Below, piece by piece: positions 37,901-49,554 of a DNA stretch of 64,000 nt. Made by a program: the position numbers and the translations under genes. Position 1 is the first letter of the stretch; every line of letters starts with the position of its first letter. Source of the stretch: Auanema rhodensis (lineage: Eukaryota > Animalia > Nematoda); assembly GCA_964057225.1 (NCBI GenBank), contig OZ059896.1, positions 11,160,001-11,224,000 of the forward strand, in the 5' to 3' direction. The notes under the pieces are model-generated. The model made no database searches. It saw nothing but the letters and a program-made list of their open reading frames with translations, and was not told the DNA's origin.

Positions 37901-40900
37901 CTCGGATTTTTAACAGTAGCAAATGAAGAGATGTGTAGACCCATTCGATCAATAACACAGGTTTACATTATAGTTTTAATTAGAAAATTTATAATCAGAA
38001 CTACAATTGATTGTTAAAAAAATAATATTTTTGTTTGTTATTTTAGGCACGAGGCTACGATACATCAGCTCATGTATTGTGCTCTTTTGGAGGAGCAGGA
38101 GGCCAACATGCTTGTGCGCTAGCTCAAAATTTAGGTTTATAATATACCTATTAGATATGTAATTTTTGTAATAATTATATATTAGGAATTGAGGAAGTAC
38201 GAATTCATAAATATTCTTCCGTCTTATCCGCCTACGGCATTGCATTAGCGGATGTGGTCATTGATATCCAACAACCTTTCCAATTCACGTTCGAACCAGG
38301 TTATTTGAACTATTTACAAAAATAAAATAATATTTCTATAAATTACAACAAAAAAAATAAAATATGAAAAGAAATAAGGATATTTCAAATAAAAATATGT
38401 TACGGTATAAAAATAAAATATATGATAACATAGAAAGTGAAAAAACTTTCTTCAAGAAATATATTTTTTTAAATTTCTTTCTCGAAAATGAATATAATTG
38501 CATATACATATGCATAAACATATAATTATATTGTCATAATATCATACTATATCCTAACTTTATCTTTGTTTTAGATAATTATTCGCGTATTTTCGATTTG
38601 TTCGATAACTTAGCTAACCAGGCAAGGAAAGGTCTTTTTGAACAAGTAAGTAGTAAAAATCTCATGTAATTGAAAATCTATTTATAAATCTGTGTAAGTA
38701 AATTTTTTTCAGAGTTTTGATGATAATTCGATTGAATTTGAATTCTTTTTACATATGAGATTTGAGAGAACTGATTGCGCTATTATGGTTAAATCACCAT
38801 TAAATCATAAGGTATATTACAAGTAAAGATTGAAATAAAGAAATATTGAAATAGGATGAGAAAGAAATCTGTCAATTCGGAAAAGTGTTCAAAGAAATCT
38901 ATAAACGAGAATTTGGTTTCGTTTTGGAAAATAGAAGTCTTATAATTGATGATATCCGGTATTTGTGTTTGCAAGCATTTTATTAGAAATTTTTTAATCA
39001 CAGAGTTCGTGGAATTGGCAAGTCAGGACTTCAATCTAAGGAAAAATTGCCCAAAGCTGAAAATGAAATCCCCGAACCGATTGCATCTCGCAAAGTTTAC
39101 TTCCAGGTTTTCTTTTTAAAAAATATTTTATATTGTTATTGGTTTGTTTTACAAAAATCATTAACTATTTTAGGGTGGACATCACGAAACCAAGGTATAT
39201 AACACTGATCTTCTGCTAGCTGGACATACGATCAAAGGACCTGCTCTTATAATAGATGCTAATAGGTAAATCTCAAATATTTATACTAAACTAAAACTTG
39301 GATTTAATTCGTTTATGTGCTTTTTTACGTCTAATTTTTAATTTTAGTACAATTATCGTTGAACCAAAATGCTCTGCTATTATCACTGACGAAGGAAATA
39401 TAAAGCTAATTGTCACGCGAGAAAAAGAATTGTCAATTATTGCGGGTACCAATGTAAATTTATATTTTCTTATTGACAAACAACTATTTAATATTATTTA
39501 TTATAATATTTTTTTAAAGGCTGATCCAATTTCTCTTGCCATATTCAGTAATCGGTTTATGTCAATAGCTGAGCAAATGGGTAGAGTACTTCAAAGAACC
39601 TCAATTTCTACTAACATAAAGGTAAATATCAGATAGAGGTTAACTAATAAAACTTTCAAAATAGGAACGATTAGATTTCTCTTGTGCTTTGTTTGGACCA
39701 GATGGTGGCTTAATTGCTAATGCTCCTCATATACCTGTTCATTTGGGTAACTTTCGAATGCTTTGGTTATTTTATATCTTCTGATTTGTAGGAGGAATGC
39801 AATATTCTGTAAGATTCCAAATTGATAACCTGGGTTTGAACAATATTCATGATGGAGATGTAATTCTATCAAATCATCCATTAGCAGGTGGAAGTCATTT
39901 GCCTGATCTTACTGTCATTACACCAGTGTGTTCAAATATTATTATTTTATAACTCTTTGTACTTTATTTTTCTTTTAGGTATTTTATCCAGGAATTAAGG
40001 AACCTGTGTTTTTCCTTGCAAATAGAGGGCATCATGCTGATATTGGTGGCTTAGTACCAGGCAGTATGCCTCCAAACGCAACCGATATAAATCAGGTATT
40101 TCAGCATGTCAGTTATATTTCAGTTGTTTTTAATATATTATAGGAAGGGGCTACTTTTATTTCTTTTAAAATAGTAGAAAAAGGAGAGTTTCAAGAAGAA
40201 AAACTCATTGAACTGCTTAATGCTCCTTCACAATTTGAGGGTTGTTCCGGCTCACGTAATATACCAGATAACATATCAGATCTAAAAGCTCAAATAGCAG
40301 CAAATAATAAGGTATGCTTATGAATTGATGTTAATAACTTCAATGTCATATTTTAGGGCAACAAATTAGTGTCTGATTTGATTTCTGAATACAGTCTAGA
40401 TGTTGTTCAAGCTTATATGAACCATATACAGTTGACAGCTGAAATAAGTGTTAGAGAAATGCTGAAAAAGGTTGAAAAAACTTACAAAGTTTTTAAAATT
40501 AATTGTATCCAAAGTTTAGTTCGGAAAAGCTGTTGAACGTAACACCGATTCGGCAGTTTTACATTCAATTGATTATATGGATGATGGCACACCTATCGAA
40601 CTCACCATATTGATAGATACTGAGAAGGTCTTATTAAATTTACTTTCGGTGAATAAGTTATATGTCTAGGGAGAATCAGTCTTTGATTTTTCTGGAACTG
40701 GTCCAGAAGTGATGTCATCATGTAATGCCCCTAAAGCTGTTACTATGTCAGCAATCATTTATTGCTTACGTTGCCTGGTTGGAAAAAATATTCCTCTAAA
40801 TAACGGCTGTTTGACTCCAATAAAAGTTTGTCTATTCCTTTTATGAATGCTCAGTCGGCATTTAGATCAAAATTCCGGAAGGTACAATCCTCTCCCCTTC

Positions 40901-41560
40901 GAATTCGGCTCCTGTGGTTGCTGGAAATGTTTTAACTAGTCAACGATTATGTGATGTAATTTTGAAAGCCTTTGGAGTTGTTGCTGCTAGTCAGGGCTGT
41001 ATGAACAATGTAACCTTTGGCGATAATCAAATGGGATATTATGAAACGATAGCTGGAGGTGCTGGAGCAGGAGAAGGGTTCCACGGTCAAAGTGCTGTTC
41101 ACACACATATGACCAATACGCGCATTACTGATCCTGAAATTCTTGAAAGCAGGTGTGGCTCAGTATGTAATACCAGTAAAGTGGAAATTTCAGATATCCA
41201 GCTATTTTGAAAGAGTTTTCTTTACGTAAAGGATCAGGTGGATCAGGAAAATGGAGAGGTGGAGATGGTGTAATACGTAAACTTCAATTTAGAAGACCAC
41301 TCTCATTATCGATCTTGACTGAAAGGAGATCATTCGCTCCATATGGTATGAACGGCGGAGGGCAAGGCAAACGAGGCTTGAATCTTTTGGTTAGAAAAGG
41401 AAAAAATCCGGTGAACATAGGAAGCAAAACTACATTAAGCATTTTGGCAAATGTACTTCTATTAATCAGTTAATCATGTAATTAACATTTTTATTTTTAG
41501 GATATTCTTGAAATTCATACTCCAGGAGGAGGCGGTTATGGTCCAGTTACAGAAAAATAA
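34947..41560 (+). CDS. 5-oxoprolinase (ATP-hydrolysing; hydantoinase A+B fusion, OPLAH)
   Basis: [17 protein letters not shown]; [18 protein letters not shown]; [10 protein letters not shown]; AAGGGS; [36 protein letters not shown]; GNVLTSQR; [16 protein letters not shown]; HTPGGGGYG. Confidence 0.97.
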
Positions 41561-41694
41561 TTTTCATAGATTTCTATACATAATTACATTTAAATAAAAA
41601 TTAAATAAAACTTAATATTATTGAATCACAGTTACTTGGTTTACCCGTATAGATGTCATAGGCAGTTTTTTTTTCGAAATAAATTTTGAAACTG

Positions 41695-43523
41695 TTAAAA
41701 AGATGGGGAATGAATAATGAAATATCGTTGCTCTTGATTTTCTAAAGTTTTCAGTAGTCGATCAATGAGCATTGTTGCTGTTTGTGGAGGTGTAAATGGA
41801 GAAAAAACACATTGAAGATTAAACTTCTCAGTTGCCTGAAAAAAAGAAAAAATATGCAAAAGTATATGAATACAATGAACCAACCCAAAGTAGAACATTA
41901 TCAGATTTTCTTTTAACAAACAAACAACGTAAAGTTTTTTCGTTCCTACAAAAATGAGCCATCTTGTCGATTAGCCTTTTAATTTCTCGCCGTTCATCTC
42001 TGGAAACCACGGGCACCCTGCATATCAATATGTGAAAAATTATTGAACTGATCAAAAACATACTTAGAAGTTGATAGACAGATTTGTCGCGAGGATTTAT
42101 TTTTATAAACAAACGACCACATAAGTTCATTGAAGTTTCCAATCTGAAACAACTGAAAGTTCGAAAATTACATTAAGACATTACCTTGGATATTTCAAAA
42201 GGTATAGGCCTTTCTAAAGCAGCTTGGAAGTTGGAGAAAAATTTCGTATTCGACTCCAGTTTCTCAACAATTTTTTTTTTAATCTGAATGTTAAAATGAA
42301 GTACATGTCTAAAAATTAGATTACCTCATTCAATGGCTCAAAATGATCTCTTTTCACGGATAAGAGGACCAGGCATGCTGGATTATTTTCCCAAGGATAT
42401 GTTATATAGCCATAGAAAAACCCTCTATAAAATATATCTGTATTAAATTAATCTGGACAAATCTCACGTGTCATTGAACTTCGGAAGACAAATAGGAGTC
42501 CAAATTTGAGCTTCAGGTAATTGGAGTGATGCATTTCCACTGACAAGATTTATCAATATATGGATATCACGAGGGTGTATACTGTATTTTTTATATCTAA
42601 CCAGAGCAACAACTTGTCTGTGAGCTAATATCAAACCAAACATAACTCCCTGTGAATAAAAGATATACAAAATATAGAAAAAACACTAACGTCGAGCTTA
42701 GCAGCGCCTATTTGTGAAGCCATTGTGCTGGATAGAAAATCTCTATCAGATGGTTGCATTGGAATAATTCGAATTGCAGATTGTAATAGAGCAATATCTT
42801 CTCTCCATGACCACACACAACTTTCCATATACCTTGAACAAAGCGATAATATAACTCAAAATAAGCAAATTTACTTGTCAGTTCCTTTCAGTAATCTTCT
42901 CAGATCATAATTATCTCCTCTTTTCTGATATACAGTTTCCAACTGTGATCGAGACAATGTCGAGAGAATTTGATCAAATAAGGCATTCAACTGCATATCT
43001 AGTTGTTCTTCATTACGAGAAACTGAAATTAAATACAATAGGTTTATATAGTTTGTAAATATCTCCGAACCAATACACAGAATAAGTGGTTTTCGGTGAC
43101 AAAAATATACGTGAATATCCCCGTCCGATATGGAATGTAGACTATCATCAAAATGCTCGATTCTTGTTACAAAGACACCTATCAATGCAAATAATCCACA
43201 CCATTGGTCTTCCATGCCGCTTCTAGTATTTTCATTTTAAGTTATTCCAATAGTAGGGTACTTACGACATAAAAATAGGCCTTCCAGTTTCAGAAAGCAC
43301 AAACACATAATACGGATTTTCAGTCAAATGATCCAATAAATTTTCTTCTGGATTCTGAGAATCTTCAATCTCCTGTTCGTTGAGCTCAACCATCTGAATC
43401 GTTCAACTCTAGTATGCTATTGCTTATTTTAAATACTTGATCTATACGCAATTCAGACATTGAAGCGTTTATTGACTGATCAGAGAAACTTGAGCTTCCA
43501 GGTACATCCGAGCGCTCTTGCAT
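41695..43523 (-). CDS. sand-1: Vacuolar fusion protein MON1 homologue (Rab7 GEF subunit, longin domains)
   Basis: VFVLSETGRPIF; QILSTLSRSQLETVYQKRGDNYDLRRLLKGTDK; IHPRDIHILINLV; IWTPICLPKFNDTGFFYGYI; FNLQCVFSPF. Confidence 0.93.
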
Positions 43524-44310
43524 TCTATATACTAATCTTATTCATGTTATACTTTTATTAAAATAAATTATCGAATAACGAATGCGCTTAGAAAACCACA
43601 AAATTTGGAATAAATAATTTATTTTATTATGGCAATTAATGAAACTTTTAGTATGTATACATAATGACAAGGAGCAATCATCACAATTATGCATATATCA
43701 TGTAAGAAAGCTTATATCTCTATTCATATCTAATTATTATGGCTTTGGAGCAAAAGTTTAGCAATAGGGCGGAAAAAATGTAAAAATAATTCAGTTGGGA
43801 CCATAGAATACCGAATATTTAATATTTGTATGCGATCAAGTAACAAATTATAGATGTATAGCTGATATGATTTAAGAGGATAAAGGAAAAACATGCTGCA
43901 GGATAAATATGGCATAAATAGGACAGATCTGAAAGGTCATTTTTTCATTTTATATTATTTTGTTTGGAACATAATATTTATTTTTCTGAAAACTTCAAGA
44001 TATAAATTTTTAAATTTCAGAATTTACAATCTTTAATACTTTGATTCCAGAGTTTATTATAGATTTAGATCTTCATTTGTCAGAATCCCCATAGCAGAGA
44101 TGATTTTATAGAATTTTTGTAAAAAAAAAAATTAAGTATTAATACTTTACTCCTAATGGATTTACGTTTCCTGTCCAAATTCAATATTTCTTTTTTAATA
44201 GTGTCAAACTCTAAAATGAAAAAACAAATCATCAAACATACCTCACTAGAAGTTTTGAAATAAAACTATATAGAAATTTACAAATATATACAATATGGAC
44301 ATATAACAGG

Positions 44311-46786
44311 CTATATTTCAGTTCGTTCTAATAATGTTTGGAGATCCTGCAAATTGAATTGAATTTTCAATAAGGATTATAGCATTAACATACTCTCTGC
44401 AGTATAATATTTTTAGATAAAGTCTCTTCCAACATACGCTGAAGTTTTTTATTCATCTCTTTCATATCGTTAGCTGATTCATTCACTGGCAAAGATGTCA
44501 AAATTTTGCGAAAAACTCCTTGAAAATAGAAAATTAATTAATTTCGTGTTAAAAAGTTATACCTTCCTGTTTTGGTAGACTAGAGCTTTGTATAGACAAT
44601 GGCTTATTCTTTATCCAGTGTTCAATAAGCTCATTTTTTTCAGTAATTTCTTTTTTTAGCCTTGAATTTTCACTTTCCAAATGAATTATCTTAATTATAA
44701 ATAAGAATAAATAATGTGTGATGCAAAACCTTTTCAGTAGAATCGGAATATACTCTATGCATGGATGTTAATCTGTTGATGAGTTCAGCGTTATCAGACT
44801 CAAGTGCACTGATAGAGGAGACACTTTCGTTCCCATCAAATGTCTTGAATACATATGATATAAATGATAAAAAAAATATACTTACTTGGTTGCTGCGTTC
44901 ATCAGACTCTAAAACTTGCCATTCATCTCTATCACCTTTGCTTTTCTCAAGAGAATCAGATCTCTTCTTTTCTTCTTTCAAAGCTCTTTGCAATTCTTTC
45001 AGAACAGCTGTTTGTTTTTTGAGAGCAAGATTCTGTAACTCAGAGATATGATAAAATATTTAATTTCACCTACCTTATCTTCATCTTTCCTACTTATCAC
45101 TTCTTCTAAACTCATTATTTTATTATTGAGTTCTTCCTTTTCAATATCAAACTGCTTCTTCAAATCAGATATTTCCTTAAAAATGTATGTTTTGTATCTT
45201 AAATGAAACTTATCATTTTCATTAGATTTCTTAATCTATGAAGAATATTGAAAATATTTGTTTAAAAGTACCAAACATTTACCAGTTGAAAACGAGTCTC
45301 CATCAATAATAGGTTTTCTTGTAGTAAATTTGAACTATTTAGTTTCAGATCGTTCATTTCTTTGACTAACTGAAATAAAAATAGTTATTAAACATATATT
45401 TTGCTCCAAAACCTCTTCCTCTTTTGTGCCCCAATTTTTAGCATCCAGATTCTTTTCAGCCAAATAACTTTTTGCTTGAGCATCTATCTCTTTTTTAAGC
45501 TTCTCCATTTGCTAAACTAATCACAATAAATCAAACTTTTAAAACTTTGCATACCTGCTGACTTTCATTCTGTAGATTCTTCTTTTCCTCTTCCATATTC
45601 AACAGTTGCAAGCGAACACTGTCTAAATCAGTGTCCTTTTCAGCAATTATTGATTTCAGATGAATCTATAAACAATGTATCATCAATAAATATTAAGTTG
45701 AATTGACGCACCTGTTCTTTTTCATAAACTACCAATCTCTCCTTATATTCAGCTGAATCATTTTTTAATTGATCTATATTTTTTTTCTGATCAGTAATTA
45801 ATATATTACATTTATTCAGTTCATCTTCAAGTGTTTTAATACTATTAGAAAAAGTATCAGATGTACTTCTCAATGAGGAATTGAGAGAATTCGACTTAAA
45901 TAGATTAAAATATTAAAACCCTGACTTATGATATTACCTTCTCTAATTCTTTATTCAGATTATCAATTTGAGCATGTAGTAAACTCTCCCTATTGTCTCG
46001 CAGACTCAATTCTTCCTGTACTGTAGCTAACAATGATTCCTGCTCCTCTAGCTTATTTGAACATATTGTTTTCCTATCGTGTAAATTGCAGAACAAAAGT
46101 TATATGAAAAATATACTTTTCTTTATATTCCAATAATTGATCCTCTAATGCTGTAATTAAGGTGTCTTTTTCGATAATTTCCTTCTTATATCTATCGCTA
46201 GTAGAAGTAAGCAATATCAATTGTTCTGTAATCAACAACTAGCTAATCAGAATTTTGGATATTATACCATTTAATTTATTATCATTAGTCTGAGAGGAAG
46301 ATGCATTTTGATTATCTAGAGTAGTTTGAATATTATCATTTGAGTTATGTGAAGGCCCATCCACCCGTATTTTTAGTTCAGCATTTTGAGTAGATAACTG
46401 TCATAAAAATATAACAGAGAAAGGAAATCAAAACAAAACCATATTCATTTCTTCAAAAAGGGTTTTCTGTTGTAATCTGAATTCTTCCTCTTGTGCCTCA
46501 AGCTTTCGTTTGAGCGATTCCACTTCAGCTTCATATCGCTGGTTTATCTCCTTATCCTTATTACGATTAATCAGCTAATAAATCTATTAATATAATTCAC
46601 AAGCAGTGTACTAACCTTTGAAGCAAATAAAATAGCCTCATTTTTAGTTGAGTTGGAGGAATTAGCTGATTCTGCTTTTAACTTTTTTAAAGTATCTTGT
46701 AATTCATAGTTTTGATTTTTTAATGTTAATAGTTGCTCTTGTAGAGAGAGAAATTCCTCCTGGGATAAACAGCCGGCACTGTTCAT
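44311..46786 (-). CDS. GRIP1-associated protein 1 (GRIPAP1/GRASP-1)-like coiled-coil protein
   Basis: N-terminal LSQEEFLSLQEQLLTLKNQNYEL and C-terminal MKEMNKKLQRMLEETLSKNIILQRDLQTL resemble the two conserved ends of GRIPAP1; QEEEFRLQQKTLFEE; long heptad core. Confidence 0.85.
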
Positions 46787-46797
46787 AAAACTGAAAT
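46787..46797 (-). promoter_or_regulatory. Putative SL trans-splice acceptor (TTTCAG) 4 nt upstream of the GRIPAP1 ATG
   Basis: Minus strand reads atttcag|ttttATG with no evident upstream coding exon. Similar unpaired acceptors precede copb-2, OSGIN, 30479, 33621, sand-1 and 54276. Confidence 0.6.
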
Positions 46798-47510
46798 ATA
46801 TAACTGAACTGAACTTCAAAAATAAATAAGCAAATTACGAACGATTTCTTAAAGACGATGCCGTCAGATTGAACACGTATACGTAGTAACTTATAAGGAA
46901 GAGCCATGCAAATTACTGCGTATATGTATTCACTCCGACGTCAACGTATACGTTTATATTAGAGTTAAGATTCTTCTTTTGGTGAACAGTGGTAAAGCGT
47001 ATTTAATTCTTGTTCATTGACATTTGGTAAATCGTACTTGGCGTGAAGCATTATCTAAAACAAAGTAGATAAAATAAGTTTAAAATGAGACAAAATCGCC
47101 CTTTTTCTGCAATTTGTATGTACAGTATTCTAATATATGCAGACCTGATGTATTAACTTCAATATGTAGCTTACTGTGTTGTACTACCTCCTGATTACAA
47201 AATGCGGATATTTTGTTAAAATATATATTTTGAAATAAAGTGTTTTTATAATAAAGTTTCATATTTTAAAATAAGGAATTGTTTGGAAGAAGTTATTAAG
47301 GCTTGCGTAAAATGATGAAACATTTTATATATGCTATGATGGCTATAAGATATACATATAACAGAATTGATAAGACAAAAGTCAAGAAATGGAAATGAGC
47401 AGAATCATTTGAATGATTAGCTTCTGTTGATTAAAAAATAATCTTCTTTACAACAGCCATATTTCATTAATTTATTTAAAAACTGATCATTTTTCTAAGT
47501 TCATGTGAAA

Positions 47511-49511
47511 ATGAATACTGATATAGTTTCCGCTAAAAAGTCCAATTTATGGACAATAACATCATGTCGGCTGCAAATAATTTTATTATTAATGTTTTGT
47601 TATTTCACATCTTCATTGATAGTAGTTAATTTTGGTTTAAATTTAACATGTATGATAATTGATAAGCCTAATAATAACTCATTAACTTATACTAATCCAA
47701 AATGTGAACGATCTGTTAGCCGTGTACATCATTCATATGGGGTAAGTATAGAAATATTTAAAAATCTTCTGTCGTTTATAAATACAAAAATGTAATTGAT
47801 TAACAAAATCTCTTAAGGGAACATTAAATTGGAGTAGACATGACGAGGATCTGTTATTATCGGCCACATCTTGGGGCTCATTAGCTGCTCAGTTACCATC
47901 CATGTGGATTGCAAGAAAATTTCAATCAAAAAATATTCTTTTGGTTGTAATTCTTGTGCACGTCATTCTAAATGGCTTAATTCCGCTTTTTGCTACTCAA
48001 GTGGGCCTAATTGGAGTTTTCATATTACGATTGCTAATTGGTGTTGCTCACGTAGGTCATGCAAAAGCAATTTAGTAACTTTTAAATAATACAGAGTTTT
48101 ATTGATGTTGCCATATATTACTTGATTGATAAATGGTTTCCGAAGAACGAAAGAAGTACAGCATTAGCAATATTTGCAATAGGTGTCGTTAATTACACAA
48201 TAATTCCACATTTCTATAATATATATATTTATATATATTATTTTATAAAATTCATATGTTGCAGGTGGCCAAATTTCCGCTATTGTTGGTGGTCCAATAA
48301 CAGCACATATCTGTATTAGTTCTATGGGCTGGCAAGCTAATTATTATCTTACAAGTTTTGATTGAATGATAAACGGAGACGTAGATTTAAATTTTTTACA
48401 GGTATACTAGGCAGTATTTTCTGTATTTTATGGTTTCTGTTCTCAGCTGAAAGCCCAGATTACTGTAAAAGAATAAAGAATGGAGAATTAGAATACTTAC
48501 GAGAGAATGTTCATATTAAAGAAAAATCTAAGGTGAAATGAGAAAGTTGATATTCATTGAAGCGGATTTGTAGAATCCTGTACCTTATCTATCAATACTT
48601 ACATCTGTGCCGGTATGGGCAGAGTTTATTGTCCAAATCGTTGCTGTTGTAGCTCAAAATATTACACAATCGTATCTGCCTACGTTCTATAAAGATTTTG
48701 TAATGATTTCAGTTATTATGGTTTGTTTATTATAAAAATATTTCTAAGAATTGTATAATATAGAATGGATATTTCATTGCTATACCTAATGTTTGTTCCT
48801 TTGTTACACGACTGGTATGGAGTATAGGTATTGATTATATGAAAAAGCAACAAATTATTTCACAAACTATGGGAGTTAAAATATCTCAAGGAATATGTAA
48901 GATTTCATACAAATTTTTATTTATTTTTTCACTGAAGTATATGTTTAGCTTCCACTGGTTTAGTTGGCTTTTTCTTAATTTTTGCTTTTTGTATCAACTG
49001 CTCAAATCCTTGGGCAGCATTAGTGGTTAGCTCCTTGGTGGCTGCATGCCAATCACTCGAGTCTGCTGGGTACCAAACAAGTTTACTGTCACTGGCTCCG
49101 AATTATACTGAAGTATTGAAAAATATAAAATATTTTAGCCATACATTACATTTATTTTAGTCTTTATCTGCTATGGCAATGTTTTGGGCTCAATGTGCTC
49201 GATTAGCTACACCATATGCAGTAGGAGCAATGAGAAAAGTATAATAAATTATATACTCTATGTATGTATATATATAACTTTTATTAAAAATATTATAGGA
49301 TTTACAAAACGGTTGGCAACATATATTTATTATGGCATCTACGGTTAATTTGGCAGGAGGAACAATTTTTCTATTATTTGGTTCAGGTTAGAATTATATT
49401 TTACTATGATTTTCTAATTATAATATTCTTTGAGGAAATGAACAAAAATGGGCTGTTATACATGATGATAACGACGATGATGAAATAACAACACCTGTTA
49501 CAAGATTTTGA
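47511..49511 (+). CDS. SLC17-like (anion:cation symporter, MFS) transporter, divergent
   Basis: LNWSRHDEDLLLSATSWGSL; LIDKWFPKNERSTALAI; ICISSMGWQ; ILTSVPVWA; YLPTFYKD; GYQTSLLSLAPNYT; WQHIFIMA; FLLFGSGNEQKWA. Confidence 0.88.
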
Positions 49512-49554
49512 TAAGAATTATCAAAAATATAATAATTAAGTAATTCATAAATAT

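Noticed and set aside
43730-44250. Small gene between GRIPAP1 and sand-1 (ORF 43730..43915)
   Set aside because: The spliced joinings I tried all hit stops, and no product is recognisable.
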